This document shows, in pieces, positions 11,779 to 22,866 of a DNA stretch of 64,000 nucleotides (position 1 is its first letter; each line of letters begins with the position of its first letter). A program made the translations under genes and the position numbers. The notes below the pieces were generated by a model. That model ran no database searches. It saw only the letters and a program-made list of their open reading frames with translations, and was not told the DNA's origin. The DNA lies in the NCBI GenBank assembly GCA_905178155.1, contig CAJINV010000011.1:516491-580490 (forward strand), given 5' to 3'. The stretch is from Amoebophrya sp. A120 (Eukaryota; Protista; Dinoflagellata).

Positions 11779-12987
11779 TCACTCCAATCGTTGCTTTTTC
11801 GCTTCCCTCCCCGCCGCCGAACCAGTTTCGACGTCTTCTGCTTCCTCATCGGCAGCTGCACGTGGAGATGAGGACGAGGACTTTTGTGTCCGCAAAAGTT
11901 GAAGAACTTCCTCGTCGCCCCCGAGCACCGGTCTTATTTTAGCAGCACTACTTTCACCAGCAGCAGGAAGGCCCCCTTCCGCCTCCGCAGACCATATCGA
12001 CCCGGCAGCGGAGGTTATTTCTTGCCCCTTTGCTGGCAATGCGTGAAAAGTCGCTGTCTGCTTGGCGCTGCTGCACTCCAGAATGACCAGGTACTCGTCC
12101 AGGAGCCGAAAAGCGGCCTGTAAATCCAGAGTAGACGTGGTCCTGCTGGTGTTTGTTCTACCGGCAGCAGTCGAGAAGTTTGGACCACTGGTTTTGCTGG
12201 TTCGTCCTTCATCTTCACACCCAGTTTTACCCGCGCCGGAAAGATGGAGCAGCCGCCCATTGCACTCAATCAAGGCCCCGTCGACAGGGGACAAAACGTC
12301 GATGCGGTTACAATTTTCCTCCAGTTTATTTCTTGATGACGTGCTGGTCGTGTTCCTGGTGTCCGTGTCTTCGAGGTTCTTTTTTACGACATAATTATTC
12401 TGAGAAGCTGCACTAGAACTTCTTGTACTGGAGGTCGTGTAGTTGTATACCAGTTGGCATAGCAGATCCCCCTTTTTCACCTGCTTGAGACAGTTCTTCT
12501 TCTTTTTCTTGGAGGAAACGATCAGGTCCGCAGGGGCAGCTCGTGTCTTGTCGTCCTCGGTTGTCTTGGGGCAGCTGGGATGTTCTTGAGCAAGGCTTGT
12601 TCTCATGTCGTCGTCGCCAGCGCCGGTTGAAGGCATAATTTTTACTGCCTCTTCCGCAATAAATTCCCCTCCTGGTATGGGGAAGACGACCCGGATCGCG
12701 GTCCCACATGAGCGCTTCAAAACGTCCAGGACGACTTCCTTCCGGAGCGAGACCATCACCAAACCGTTATCGTGCCGGCGGACTATCGTGTCGCCCATCG
12801 GTCCGAACCGGGTCTCTGTGTTCGGTCGGTCAAACCGCGGCAGGACCGGGGTAGTCGTAGTCGAGTCGTCACTTGTCATATTTCTGGAGGCGGTTGTCTG
12901 ACCAAGGCCGACGTCCAGCGCCGCCAGTTGCCGCCGCAAATCCGCGTGGCGCCGTGCGGGGGAGGAGGTTGTTCTCGTCGGGGTCAT
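11779..12987 (-). CDS. Abitram/FAM206A (Simiate)-like protein, glycine-cleavage-H-like fold, intronless
   Basis: Motifs DTIVRRHDNGLVMVSL, QVKKGDLLCQL, VLSPVDGALIECNGRLL and EYLVIL occur in the order seen in FAM206A/GCV-H-like proteins, separated by low-complexity inserts. Confidence 0.55.
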   Translation of the reverse strand: MTPTRTTSSPARRHADLRRQLAALDVGLGQTTASRNMTSDDSTTTTPVLPRFDRPNTETRFGPMGDTIVRRHDNGLVMVSLRKEVVLDVLKRSCGTAIRVVFPIPGGEFIAEEAVKIMPSTGAGDDDMRTSLAQEHPSCPKTTEDDKTRAAPADLIVSSKKKKKNCLKQVKKGDLLCQLVYNYTTSSTRSSSAASQNNYVVKKNLEDTDTRNTTSTSSRNKLEENCNRIDVLSPVDGALIECNGRLLHLSGAGKTGCEDEGRTSKTSGPNFSTAAGRTNTSRTTSTLDLQAAFRLLDEYLVILECSSAKQTATFHALPAKGQEITSAAGSIWSAEAEGGLPAAGESSAAKIRPVLGGDEEVLQLLRTQKSSSSSPRAAADEEAEDVETGSAAGREAKKQRLE

Positions 12988-14066
12988 GATTTTCGCAACC
13001 ACTTATCTCTTTGAGAGCAACCGCAGGTGGAGCAACCGCAAGTACCTCTATAACTAGAAGTTCGGAACTAGGCTTTTTTCCGCTTCTGCTTGAGGTTGGT
13101 CCTACGTTGTATAATTCGACTGTGAAAATCAAACTTCTGCGGCAAAAATATCCTTTAACAAAATCTTTGTAAGACCGCGCAAGAAGTGGCTGAGCATTTA
13201 TCTTCGCCTGGTTCTTCTTCTTTGTGAAATGAAAATATGATGAACGTCCGTTGAAGACCCGCGGCACAACTTCTGAGCCAACAACTTCTTGCATGTTGTG
13301 TAGTAGAGCCGCATTTTGGGATCGCCTTCACTAGAACTCAAAAATCTACTTGACCTCGTCGTGTGATCTCTAACTCTATCTTGAATGATCCTTTTACTTA
13401 CTTTTTGAAGATCGACGAAAATAAATCGGCGCAAAATCATGAACCCTTTTGAGGATTTCCGCTGTGGCAGGTGTCAGGCGGTTGTTTTTGGACCCCGTGG
13501 TTTCTTTGCGCATCAAGGAGCTTGCTTCTCACGGATTTGCATAAAAAGAGGCGGAGAAAGCGAATAAAGACACGAAAATTTATAAATATCGCTTCCGATT
13601 TTTGCGTTGGAAACGACTCTTTTGTCACTTCTGGTCTCTTCATCTCGCGTGGGTATGGCCATAATTTCGCCAAGCAATAATATATTTACAGGAGATTGAT
13701 TTGGTTTCAAAAGACCACCGTTTGGCCAAAAAAAAAGAAGCTTGTTCGGTTCAAATGCAATTGCGGGCTGTCAGCAAGCAGCAACATGGACGGCGCCAAA
13801 AAAACTGTACTCTAGTGTACTTTCCGCTTGAACAAGATCCAACAGCACGAAGAAAAATCTTTATTCGCATATCTTTAGCAGAATCCTCCATAATTCGGCC
13901 TGAATCAGTAAAAATATTTTTCAGGAGCAGTTCGAGGCGACATGAATAGTTTGGATTTTGGCCATATTTGAAGGAATATGAAATGGACTTTTGTCGAGCC
14001 GAGCTTCGAAGCTATAGCAGCCAGGCGTGGCGGTCTGTGCCCACATCATGGGAACACCACTACAAC

Positions 14067-17000
14067 TTAGCGGTGTCCACCACCTCCACCGGAGGCTCCG
14101 CTAGAAGTACTTCCAGTGTTCGTTGAGAACAGCTTCGAGAGTCCGGAGAACATGTTGGTCAAAGAGGAAGCGTTCTCTGTCTGCTCGACCGTGCGAGTGC
14201 GGCTCCCCAGATGCGTCGTCGTTGTTGTGAGACCACTTGACGTGATGTTGCTCGCCGCCGGGTAGTTTTGTGCTGCAGGCGACGCCGCTCCTTTTCGCAG
14301 TCCGCCGGCCAGCGTGGAACTTGGCGCGCCAGGAGTGGTACCAGCCGGAGATAAAGTTGTACTCGAGAACATCAATCCTGGACTGCTGCCGGGTCGCTGA
14401 CTCACTGGCGGCGCAGCAGCTGCACTCGCGCTGCTGATTTGCTGGTTGTTGTTGTACTGCGTAAAATAGAAGTCCACTTCAGCTCGCTGCTGCTCCGAAG
14501 TAGATGACATGGACATCCGCTGAGAACTACTACCGTAAGTAGAGGAGCTACTACTACCGCTCACGACCCTCTGTGCAGCGGCGGCCGACCCAGCTCCTCC
14601 TGCCGGGGGTACTACAACACTACTACCACCGCCACCACTAGAGGATGACAGCCTGTGCCCCCTGACTACCACATCCGCGGTGGGAGGAGCCCCATGACTG
14701 CTCCTCTCGCCGGACGACGGTAGCTGCCCCGAGGGGCTCGGACGCTTGTTACTACCGTAATTCGACGTCGTCCCGGTGTTGCCACCGGCAACTGCACGGT
14801 TGGAGGTCGACGTACTACTATTGGAGAAGTTGAACAATTGCTGCAAGTTTTGCTCCTGCCGCGAGCTGGTGCTCTGTCGCGCCCCGTAGTTGGCACTGCT
14901 CATCGACACCAGGCCAGGTGGGCTGGTCGGGGAGGAGCTGGCGGAATTTGACTCCGAGCTCGAAAGCGGGGACGACATCCGGAACACTTGCGGACCAAGG
15001 GCCGGTGGTGGTCCACCTGTGGAAGTAGTGGTAGATCCACCCTGGCCATTGCCCTGCCCGTTTAGATATGCATTGCAAATATATCTGGGTCTGGAGGAAA
15101 CTTGTAATGCTAAGAGTGAATGATAGACGCAACGCAAGATGCAGCTGTGCATGACAACTTTTTTCGCTGCCATGTGTTACGTATTCCGCATGGCAAACTG
15201 CGTTTTTGCACGACAGGTAAGAGGGCCTTTTCGTGCCTATGCAACACAGATTCTCGAGTCATGCCAGACAAGCATGACAAACTTGCATTCTTCCAGACAC
15301 CGACATAGTTGCAATTCATATTAGGTGATTCCCGACGGTGGTAGAAATGGGTGTTGGTGGCTTGCGGCCACCAGCGGCAGCTGAAGTACCACTTGCACTA
15401 CTTGTTCCGCCCACGGTAGCAGTTGTTGTGCTACTGCTACAACCGTGCTGCGTCGTGAATGGCGGCACGTACACCTTGCCGCCGGCGACCTTCACATCTA
15501 CAACGGGCTGCTCGGTGTCCACTATTCCTCGGGCTGGTGCATCGCTGCTCAACGAAGACCGCGTAGTACGGCTGTGGTGGTCCATTGCGGCCGTTGAAAG
15601 GGCCAGAGAAGTCGTAGCTCCTGAGTTTGCAGGCGCCCGATTGGTACTGAAGTAACGCTCGTCCGTGGTGCGGGCGAGTTTCACCACGGGACTGCGGTGT
15701 CCTGCTCCCGCACCAGATGCTAATCCTTGTGGATGATGATGTGGATGTTGTCCTGACGAGACTTCTTGCCCCAGATGATCAAGATCATGTGTATTACTAG
15801 TCACGACTGTCGAGGAAGATGTCGTTCTTCTTGCACCAGCCGGAGCTACCCCCTGCTGAACCTGCTGGTGCCCGGACGAGGAGGACACCACAAGGTTGGG
15901 ATGGCTCATCGTCATGCGTCGCGGGTCGTTGAAGTTGTTTGTGCTTGCGGACAAGTTATCCACCTCATCCGCCGGCGAAGAGTTGCCGGAAATGGAGAAA
16001 AAACTCGTCTGCGAACGTTTCTGATTCTGCGACGACTGGGCACTGTTGCGCTGTTGCCCGTCGTCGATTTGGGGCGGCCCGCGGTCGTGGTGGTTCTGAA
16101 CACCAAGAACACCTCCGCTGTGGGAACTGTTGTAATTGCTCCCACCACTACTTCCGCGATAGTTTGCGGAGCTGCTGCTACTGCCGTTGGAGAACTGCTG
16201 GTGGTGCTTGTGGACCACTAGGGAAGCGGCTCCTGTTGGAAGGACAGCTTGTTCGCCAGAAGTAGTTGTACTAGAAGATACGTGAACTGCTGATCCTGTT
16301 GTCGCCCCACCGCCGGGGCTGTTGGAGGAAACCGAGGAGAGCTTCCGACCCGTGGAGTTCTTGCTGCTGCTCTGTGAAGAAGACAGCCGGTAGTTGTGCT
16401 GGCTGGCGACCAAACCCGGCGCCGTGGAGTGGAACAGCTGCAACAGCGATTCGTTTTCCGTGGTCAGCGAGGCCACTTTGCGCTGCAGCTGCTGGATCTG
16501 CGTGGCGTGCTCCTTCTTGGACACCATCAACTGCGCCTCCGCCTGGTCCAAGCGGAGCGTCAGGTTGTGGCACGTGGTCTGCAACTTGGACACGAACTCG
16601 AGCAGGTTTCGCGTCTCCTCGTGAAACAACTTCTCTGCGTCCACCGGAATTTCCACCTGCTGGGCCCCCTGGTCCGCCGCGTCTTGTTGATCTACAGCTT
16701 GAGGTGTCGTGGCACTAGGAGCTAAAGCGGAACAACTAGCGTCTTCTCCACCTGCACCTCCGCCGGCAACTACATGGAAGTTGTTGTACTGCTGCTGCTG
16801 TTGTGCGAGCGAGTTCAGAAAGGTATATCACAAGAAAAATGTGTTACAGTTACACATTTGTTGTAACTTCAGCAACACAAATTTTCTCTGCATGAGAGGG
16901 AAAACTTGCAATGCACAAACCATAAGGGAAAACACGTATGAAATCAAGCTTGGAAGCATTTCTGGCATGACAGAGGCTGTTTGTCATGCTGCGCTTGCAA

Positions 17001-20000
17001 CACAATGTGCTGTAACTGTAACCATTTTTTCTCGTGATAAGGTACTGAACAGCCTTAGTTCGTCGTCCAGTTCCACGAAATCCGTGTATTCTGAGTAAAA
17101 ACGTCCCCACGTTTTGTCATGCAAATCGGCATGTCATAAAAGTTTCTCATGCGACGCCCCATGAGAGCAGTTTTATAGTCGCGCTTTGGAATTTGTGATG
17201 CTCGAATGAGCATGCTAGGCTAGATCTGTGATGCTTCGGAACTAGCTAAACAGGATTACGCTACGGGGACAGACTTCTCATGCGAAACAACCAATGCTGG
17301 TTGATTTGTCTAGCAGATTTCCCATCTTGACTCTGGTGTGAGGACATTTTTACTCAGAATACCGTGGTGCTCGGTGTCATGGGCTCGTAGGAGGCTGCTC
17401 GTAGTTCTTCCATCGGGAGGTCAGGTGGAGCAGCCGTGGTTTTGGCAGAGGAGATAGTGGCTGTGTTGTTCCCACCTGCGGGTTGTTTTTCCAGCAATGC
17501 ATGATCTTGTTGTTCTGGGCCGACTACATTCGATGTTGAATTCCGCGTCGCGGTTTTTCCGTCAAAAATTTCCCCCGTGGAATTCTTTCCCGCTTTGTTT
17601 GGTATTTCCTTCTGTCCTTCCTGCAGCCTTCCCAATTCCTGCTTCAATGCATTCCTTTCCGCCTCAAAGTCGCTTTTCAGCAGCTCCATCTGGATTTTTT
17701 TCTCGTTTTCCTTCATCTCCAGCTCAAAGCGGAGAAAACTCAGCTCCTCGTTCAGCCCTTGAATGGTCTGCTCCTGTTGCTGCTGTAGTTCCGAATGCGC
17801 CGCGGTCGTACCTGGGAAATAGTATACATAGGAGGTCTGTTCATGGGGTCTTTAAACTTTGAAAAAAGACTTTTCTCCTTTGATATCACGTGATATCACG
17901 TGATATCAAAGAAGAAAAGGAGAAAAGTCGATTGTGCTGTTGATATCACAGCCCGCGTGATATGTAGAAAAATGCAAAAACAGAAGGAATTGATGCAAAA
18001 ACAGAAGGAATCGATGCTAAGACAGAAGGAATTGATGCTAAAACAGAAGGATTTGATGCTAAAGCAGAAGGATTTGATGCTAAAGCAGAAGGATGTGAAG
18101 CAAAAACAGAAGGACTTGCACCAGGAGCTGCTCGCTCTGGTATCAATCCAGCGGACTTTTCTCCTTTGCAAGGAGAAAAGTCCGGACTTTTCTCCTTTGA
18201 TCCATATCAAAGGAGAAAAGTCGTCTGATCCATATCAAAGGAGAAAAGTCCGACATCGCGGACCCTCTGATCCATATCAAAGGAGAAACCCCGATACTTA
18301 TCACAGACCCGAAAGAGCTTGCCTCCACTTATACTTATCACAGACCCCGATACTTATCACAGTGAAGATCAGAAAGAGCTTGCCTCCACTACGTGTTGAC
18401 GCGGAGATCAGCGGCCGGCTCCTAAGGAAGAGATTTCCTATAAAGAAACGCGGAAAGCCCAGGGGCGAGCGATTTCCTAAAAGAAATCATGCGGAAAACC
18501 CGGACGAAGCGATTTCCCAAAGGAAATCATGCGGAAAACCCAGGATGGAGAAGGGATGTCCCAAAGAAAATCACGCGGAAAGCCCTTGGATGGTCTGTTA
18601 CAGACCGCGTTGCTGCTGTAATTCCGAATGCGCCGCGGTCGTACCTGGGTGGAAGTAGTATAGTCTATCGTGAATGTGAAGTGAAGTGATGTGAAGTGAA
18701 GTGAAGTGAAGTGAAGTGAAGTGAAGTGAAGTGAAGTGAAGTGAAGTGAAGTGAAGTGAAGTGAAGTGAAGTGAAGTGAAGTGAAGTGAATCGCAAGAGG
18801 CTCCAAGCGGGGGCTTTCATCCTTGCCCACTTGGTAGACTACAGCCCTGGTTTTTGGGACCTTGCAGATCTCGGGCTGGGGTATTAGAGGCCCAAGCGTC
18901 CCCGAGCAGACCTAAGACAGGAACAGCCGAGCCGGGCAGTACAGACAATAGGGAGGTCGTACTATGATGTGCACCGCTCGACAGTGTCAAAGGTAGGGCC
19001 CCGGCTCATTTTGGGCATCCTACAATCCGATTACCCCGAAACGGAGCCTTGTTTCGTCGGGGTCAAATCACACCGAAAACCAGTTGCGGGTGGGAGCAGA
19101 GCTGGTAGCCTTAGGGGCGAAGACAACCGAAGCGGCACTAGCGCTAACCAAAACACGAGACACACGAGAAGAGAACAACACAGAGACGCGAAAGACGAGC
19201 AGTGGGCGGCAATACGGGGAAAACGACACAACACTGACACTCTTTTGCTTGCCAGGCGCTTGGGGTTTCGAGCACGCAGGGATTACACGACGACTCTTTT
19301 CCTTTCCATCATTCCTTTGCATCATCATTATCATCGCCATCATGTTTCTGTTTTTTCTGTTCACGCCTTGCAACGAACTGCTGCCCACAGCTTTCTTCCG
19401 CAATCTCAGAACTACCTCCGTGTCTTGTTGCGCCCGCCAACGCTTTCGCCCATTCCTGTCCCGCCCAAGCTGCGCCGGCAGGCCGTATTTCCCTTGGCCA
19501 GTTCGTTCCGCAGAAACGATCTGCATCCACGGCCTGGCGGGCGCCTAAGATACGGCTACGGAAGAGCTACACTACATAGTGAACCTACACCCCGGACACA
19601 ACTCCGCTGCAAAGTCCCCACATGCAAAGTGCAGCGAGCAGTGGCATTTCCCTTGTCACCTAGGAAAGTAAGCAAGAGCTGGCCACCTACAAGTAAACCT
19701 CAGAAAATACTTGTAAGGATAAATCCTAAAATGCTGAAAATGCGCCTCGCCAGGTAACGATAAGCAGAGAATGGGAAAACTGTAAAACCAAAGGTGGACA
19801 AGGACAAACTCCTGCAGCAATACATAGAGAACTGGGTAAAAGTCACGCTGCCACATGCTCCCTAGAAAAACCAGCTGGATCAGCCTAGCGCTAACGAAAG
19901 CCGGGTGTGCAGGCATGAGAAGACGTGCACAAGAACAACAGACGGCGGACACTACGACAGAAACCTAGAGACCCAAACAGCGCTAACAGGTCCACCTAGC

Positions 20001-21974
20001 CGTCAGGGGGGGCCTGATCAGCCTAATTCATAGCGTTGTCGCAGCTGCCTCAATATCAGCTGTCGCAACTATGTGTGGTAATCACGGCCTTAGGAGCGCC
20101 ACACACATACCCAGGAACGGGGCTGTCCGGTGGAGACGTCCTGGAGCCTTGTTTGCCCGGCTTTGCTCCCGGGGGAGGAGGTCTGTACCTCCGCGCCGGG
20201 GTCTTCCGAATGCGCCGCGGTCGTACCTGGGAAGTAGTATATCTAGAACGGGCGTGCGCCCCGCGCCCGCCGGCCCGGCGACGAGGGGGTGCAAGGGGGG
20301 GCGAGGGAAAAAAAGCGTGGTCGCCCGTGGCCAGCGGTACATGTTGAGACTGTGTTGGCGCGACCAGTGTGCGAAAAAGAGAAGCGGCAGCGCTCCCGCC
20401 CGGCCCTTCTCCCTCGGCGGGAGCTAAGGAAGCGCACGTAGAGGCAAGGCCGCTAGGCGCGAGGGGCGTGCGGGGGCACTGAGCGCAACCCCTGCCCGAG
20501 CCCCCACAAACAGGGCCGCCGGAGAGCGTGCGCAGACCCTTGTCGGAGGCTCGGGAGGCTAGCCACAGGAAACAGCACGAAAAAAGCGCGCCGACGGCCG
20601 AAAGACTAGAAACATTGCCGGCACCCAGCAAAGATAAAGCAGGGCAGGCAGGGCGGCAGGGCAGCCGCAGCGGGAAGGCAGAGGAGGTGCTGCGGGTGGT
20701 TCTTGCTAGAAACCAGACAGCCCTGAAAAAATAGAGCAAGCAGGCCAAAGCGAAAACCCACGGCAGGGGCCGAAGCAAAAGGCGTTGGCTGGGGCCGAAG
20801 CAAAAGGCGTTCTTCGCGTTTTTGTGACGCTAAAAACACTAGCAGGATTTCTACTAGTAGCCGCTTTTCTGCTAGCACGATTCTACTAGCAGGATTCCTA
20901 CTAGTAGCTTGCTCCGAATGCGCCGCGGTCGTACCTGGGAAGTAGTATACATAGGAGGTCTGTCGTCCTCTGGAGGTGGCGCGCGGGCCACGTAGCGCGC
21001 TTCGTAAAAGCCCGCCGCGATGGGGACTTACGGAGCCGGTACCAACCAAGCACGCACGGCCGCCACACAGCATGCTTCGAAGAAGCACGCCATGACTTCG
21101 ACCTGCGGAGCCGACACCAAGCCCCTGAGGCGTTGATGGCGACGGGGACCGTGCCACACGCTTCGCTTGAAGCGTGTCGGGCGAGGGACCTGCGGAGACG
21201 ACACCAAGGAGCTCCTTGCACGGAGCTGGTGTCCACGGGGACCACGCAGTGTGCCTAAGTAGGCCTGTGCATGCCGTGATAGGGACCGGCGCAGCGCGCT
21301 TCTTTTGAAGCGTGTCGTCACGGAGACGCGAGCACACCACGCCAGGCCTCTGTCCGAGGCGCTGGCGCTGTGCGGCAGGGAGCGCACGCACTGCCATTTC
21401 GTGCAGAGCGCACAGCAGCAGCACTACCTTGGCGTGTGTGTCGTGCGTCCCCACTTGCTGCTCGCGCAAGTGGGACTCATTGATTTTCTAGTTCCGAATG
21501 CGCCGCGGTCGTACCTGGGAAGTAGTATACATAGGAGGTCTGTCGTGTGGTTCTCAATGGAGAAAATGAAAATCTTTTTTCCTTCTAAGGCCTGAATGCT
21601 CGAAACAAAACAATTCTTTGATCAAGCCAGACTATGACTTTTACTACTGGTAATTATGCTGCAAGAATTTGAATTACGTATATCCGTATTAAACACAAGT
21701 AGAACCATCAACACAAGAAGTGTACTCGAACTGTACTTTGCAACAGCTGCTGGTAGGCCACCATGGTACTGTTCGGGCTTCCTGCGCTGCCGCCCGCGCT
21801 CCTGTTCACCTCGTCAAAGTCGATCAGATTGCGCACCGTCGTCCGCGGCACCATCGGCGGGCCGCCGGTATCAGCCGAGGAATAGAAGAAGTCCTCCTCG
21901 ATAGTAGAAGACGAGTTACTGGCCTGCATCTTATTGCCGTCCTTATCACTCGAAGATCTCGTGGGCGGATGCAT
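14067..21974 (-). CDS. Coiled-coil / Ser-rich hypothetical protein; first intron (~17812-21736) expanded by an insertion array
   Basis: Exon chain in frame: ...YQQLLQS|TTAAHSELQQQQEQTIQGLNEELSFLRFELEMKENE...PSTT|DFVELDDELRLFST|FLNSL...GNHL|NGQG... to the stop at 14067. The first-exon donor at 21736 is inferred. Confidence 0.7.
15067..15320. mobile_element. Introner, family A
   Basis: DR TTAGA/TTAGG; joins GNHL|NGQ. Confidence 0.9.
16826..17039. mobile_element. Introner, family F (GAAAAAnGTGTTACAGTTACAC TIR)
   Basis: TATCACAAGAAAAATG...CATTTTTTCTCGTGATA; DR AGGTA/AGGTA. Confidence 0.9.
17087..17361. mobile_element. Introner, family D
   Basis: Perfect 15-bp TIR TATTCTGAGTAAAAA; DR CCGTG/CCGTG. 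Confidence 0.95.
17986..18120 (+). repeat. 21-bp tandem repeat (CAGAAGGAnTTGATGCTAAAn x ~6) within insert A
   Basis: Directly visible; translates as the heptad QKELMLK in ORF 17900-18658. Confidence 0.85.
18670..18790 (+). repeat. (GTGAA)n microsatellite, ~23 units
   Basis: Near-perfect pentamer run immediately after repeat copy 2. Confidence 0.97.
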
Positions 21975-22866
21975 CTTGAAGGTCGTGAGCGCGTGATTCT
22001 TTCGTATTTATTCGTACTTCTTTTGATGTTCAAATAAGGCACGTCGTGAGTTATCTGCTCTGTGAACTCCTTGCTCTGTGTGTGGAGGTCGTTATTCTCT
22101 ATAGTAGCTGCAACTGTCGAAATCAGGTCGTGGTCGTGTTCTATCATCCCCGTACAAATCTTGTTTTCGACTACTCGCAACAAAACCTACGACCTTGCTC
22201 GACCACGTTTCGATATCGATTTGCACCCGTGATCATAATTACACTCGGTTTTCGTTTTGGCTCAAACAATCTAACCACCTTCACTTCAAGAAACAGATGA
22301 AAATTGCGTATTTGTAGTTGATACGATGTCGAAATCTATCTCCTATACAAGACGCCGAACCAAAGAAGAAGAAGTTCTACTTATTTTGAACACAAGGCAC
22401 TATGATATCTGGTCGATTACCACAGCAGCAACTTCGAAATGCGAATGCGTCGACGTCGTGTGAGAGGAGTCGTGCCCATGTAGTCGCTGATTTTGTCTTT
22501 TTTAGCGAATGGGCAAACAAATACCGTTTTTCGTGGTGCAAGAACTTTTTTGAAACCCTAGGTTGGAAAAACAAACCACTTCACCTAAACCCTGCAAAAA
22601 TCGAGCGCGGTTCAAAACTCTGCCGTTGAAACCATGGAAGCAGGAGTCCGTCTTTTCTTGGAAAGAGGCATATCCTCCTCGAAATCTTTAATACATGGGG
22701 ATCGTCATCGTTTTCTCACCGCAAACTTCTTGCTGCAAACTATATTACTGCAGGCTATGTCTTTGTCCTCGTTACAACTACGTGTGGAAAGCTGCCGGCT
22801 CGCAGGAGGTTGTTGAATAAGCCTCCGCCCAGGATGAATTGTCGCCAGACGTGTGTACTTATTTTA

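Larger units (their letters stand above)
17785..21546 (+). repeat. Array of five direct copies of a 35-85 bp host intron/exon junction separated by four unrelated inserts
   Basis: Core TCCGAATGCGCCGCGGTCGTACCTGGG(A)AGTAGTATA(CATAGGAGGTCTGT) at ~17790-17840, 18581-18662, 20204-20241, 20913-20966 and 21489-21546. Confidence 0.95.

Noticed and set aside
18670-18790. Telomeric repeat
   Set aside because: It is interstitial and GTGAA does not match TTTAGGG/TTAGGG-type repeats.
20225-20250. Helitron 5' terminus (TCTAGATATACTAC on the minus strand)
   Set aside because: TATACTAC is part of the duplicated host intron end, and Helitrons do not create target duplications.
17785-21546. True CRISPR array or integron
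   Set aside because: Spacers are 0.5-1.5 kb, repeat boundaries vary, the repeat is host exon/intron sequence, the context is eukaryotic, and no cas or integrase gene is visible.
22255-22265. Dinoflagellate spliced-leader relic (TTTTGGCTCAA)
   Set aside because: Only 11 of 22 nt match and it is on the strand opposite to the genes; compatible with chance.
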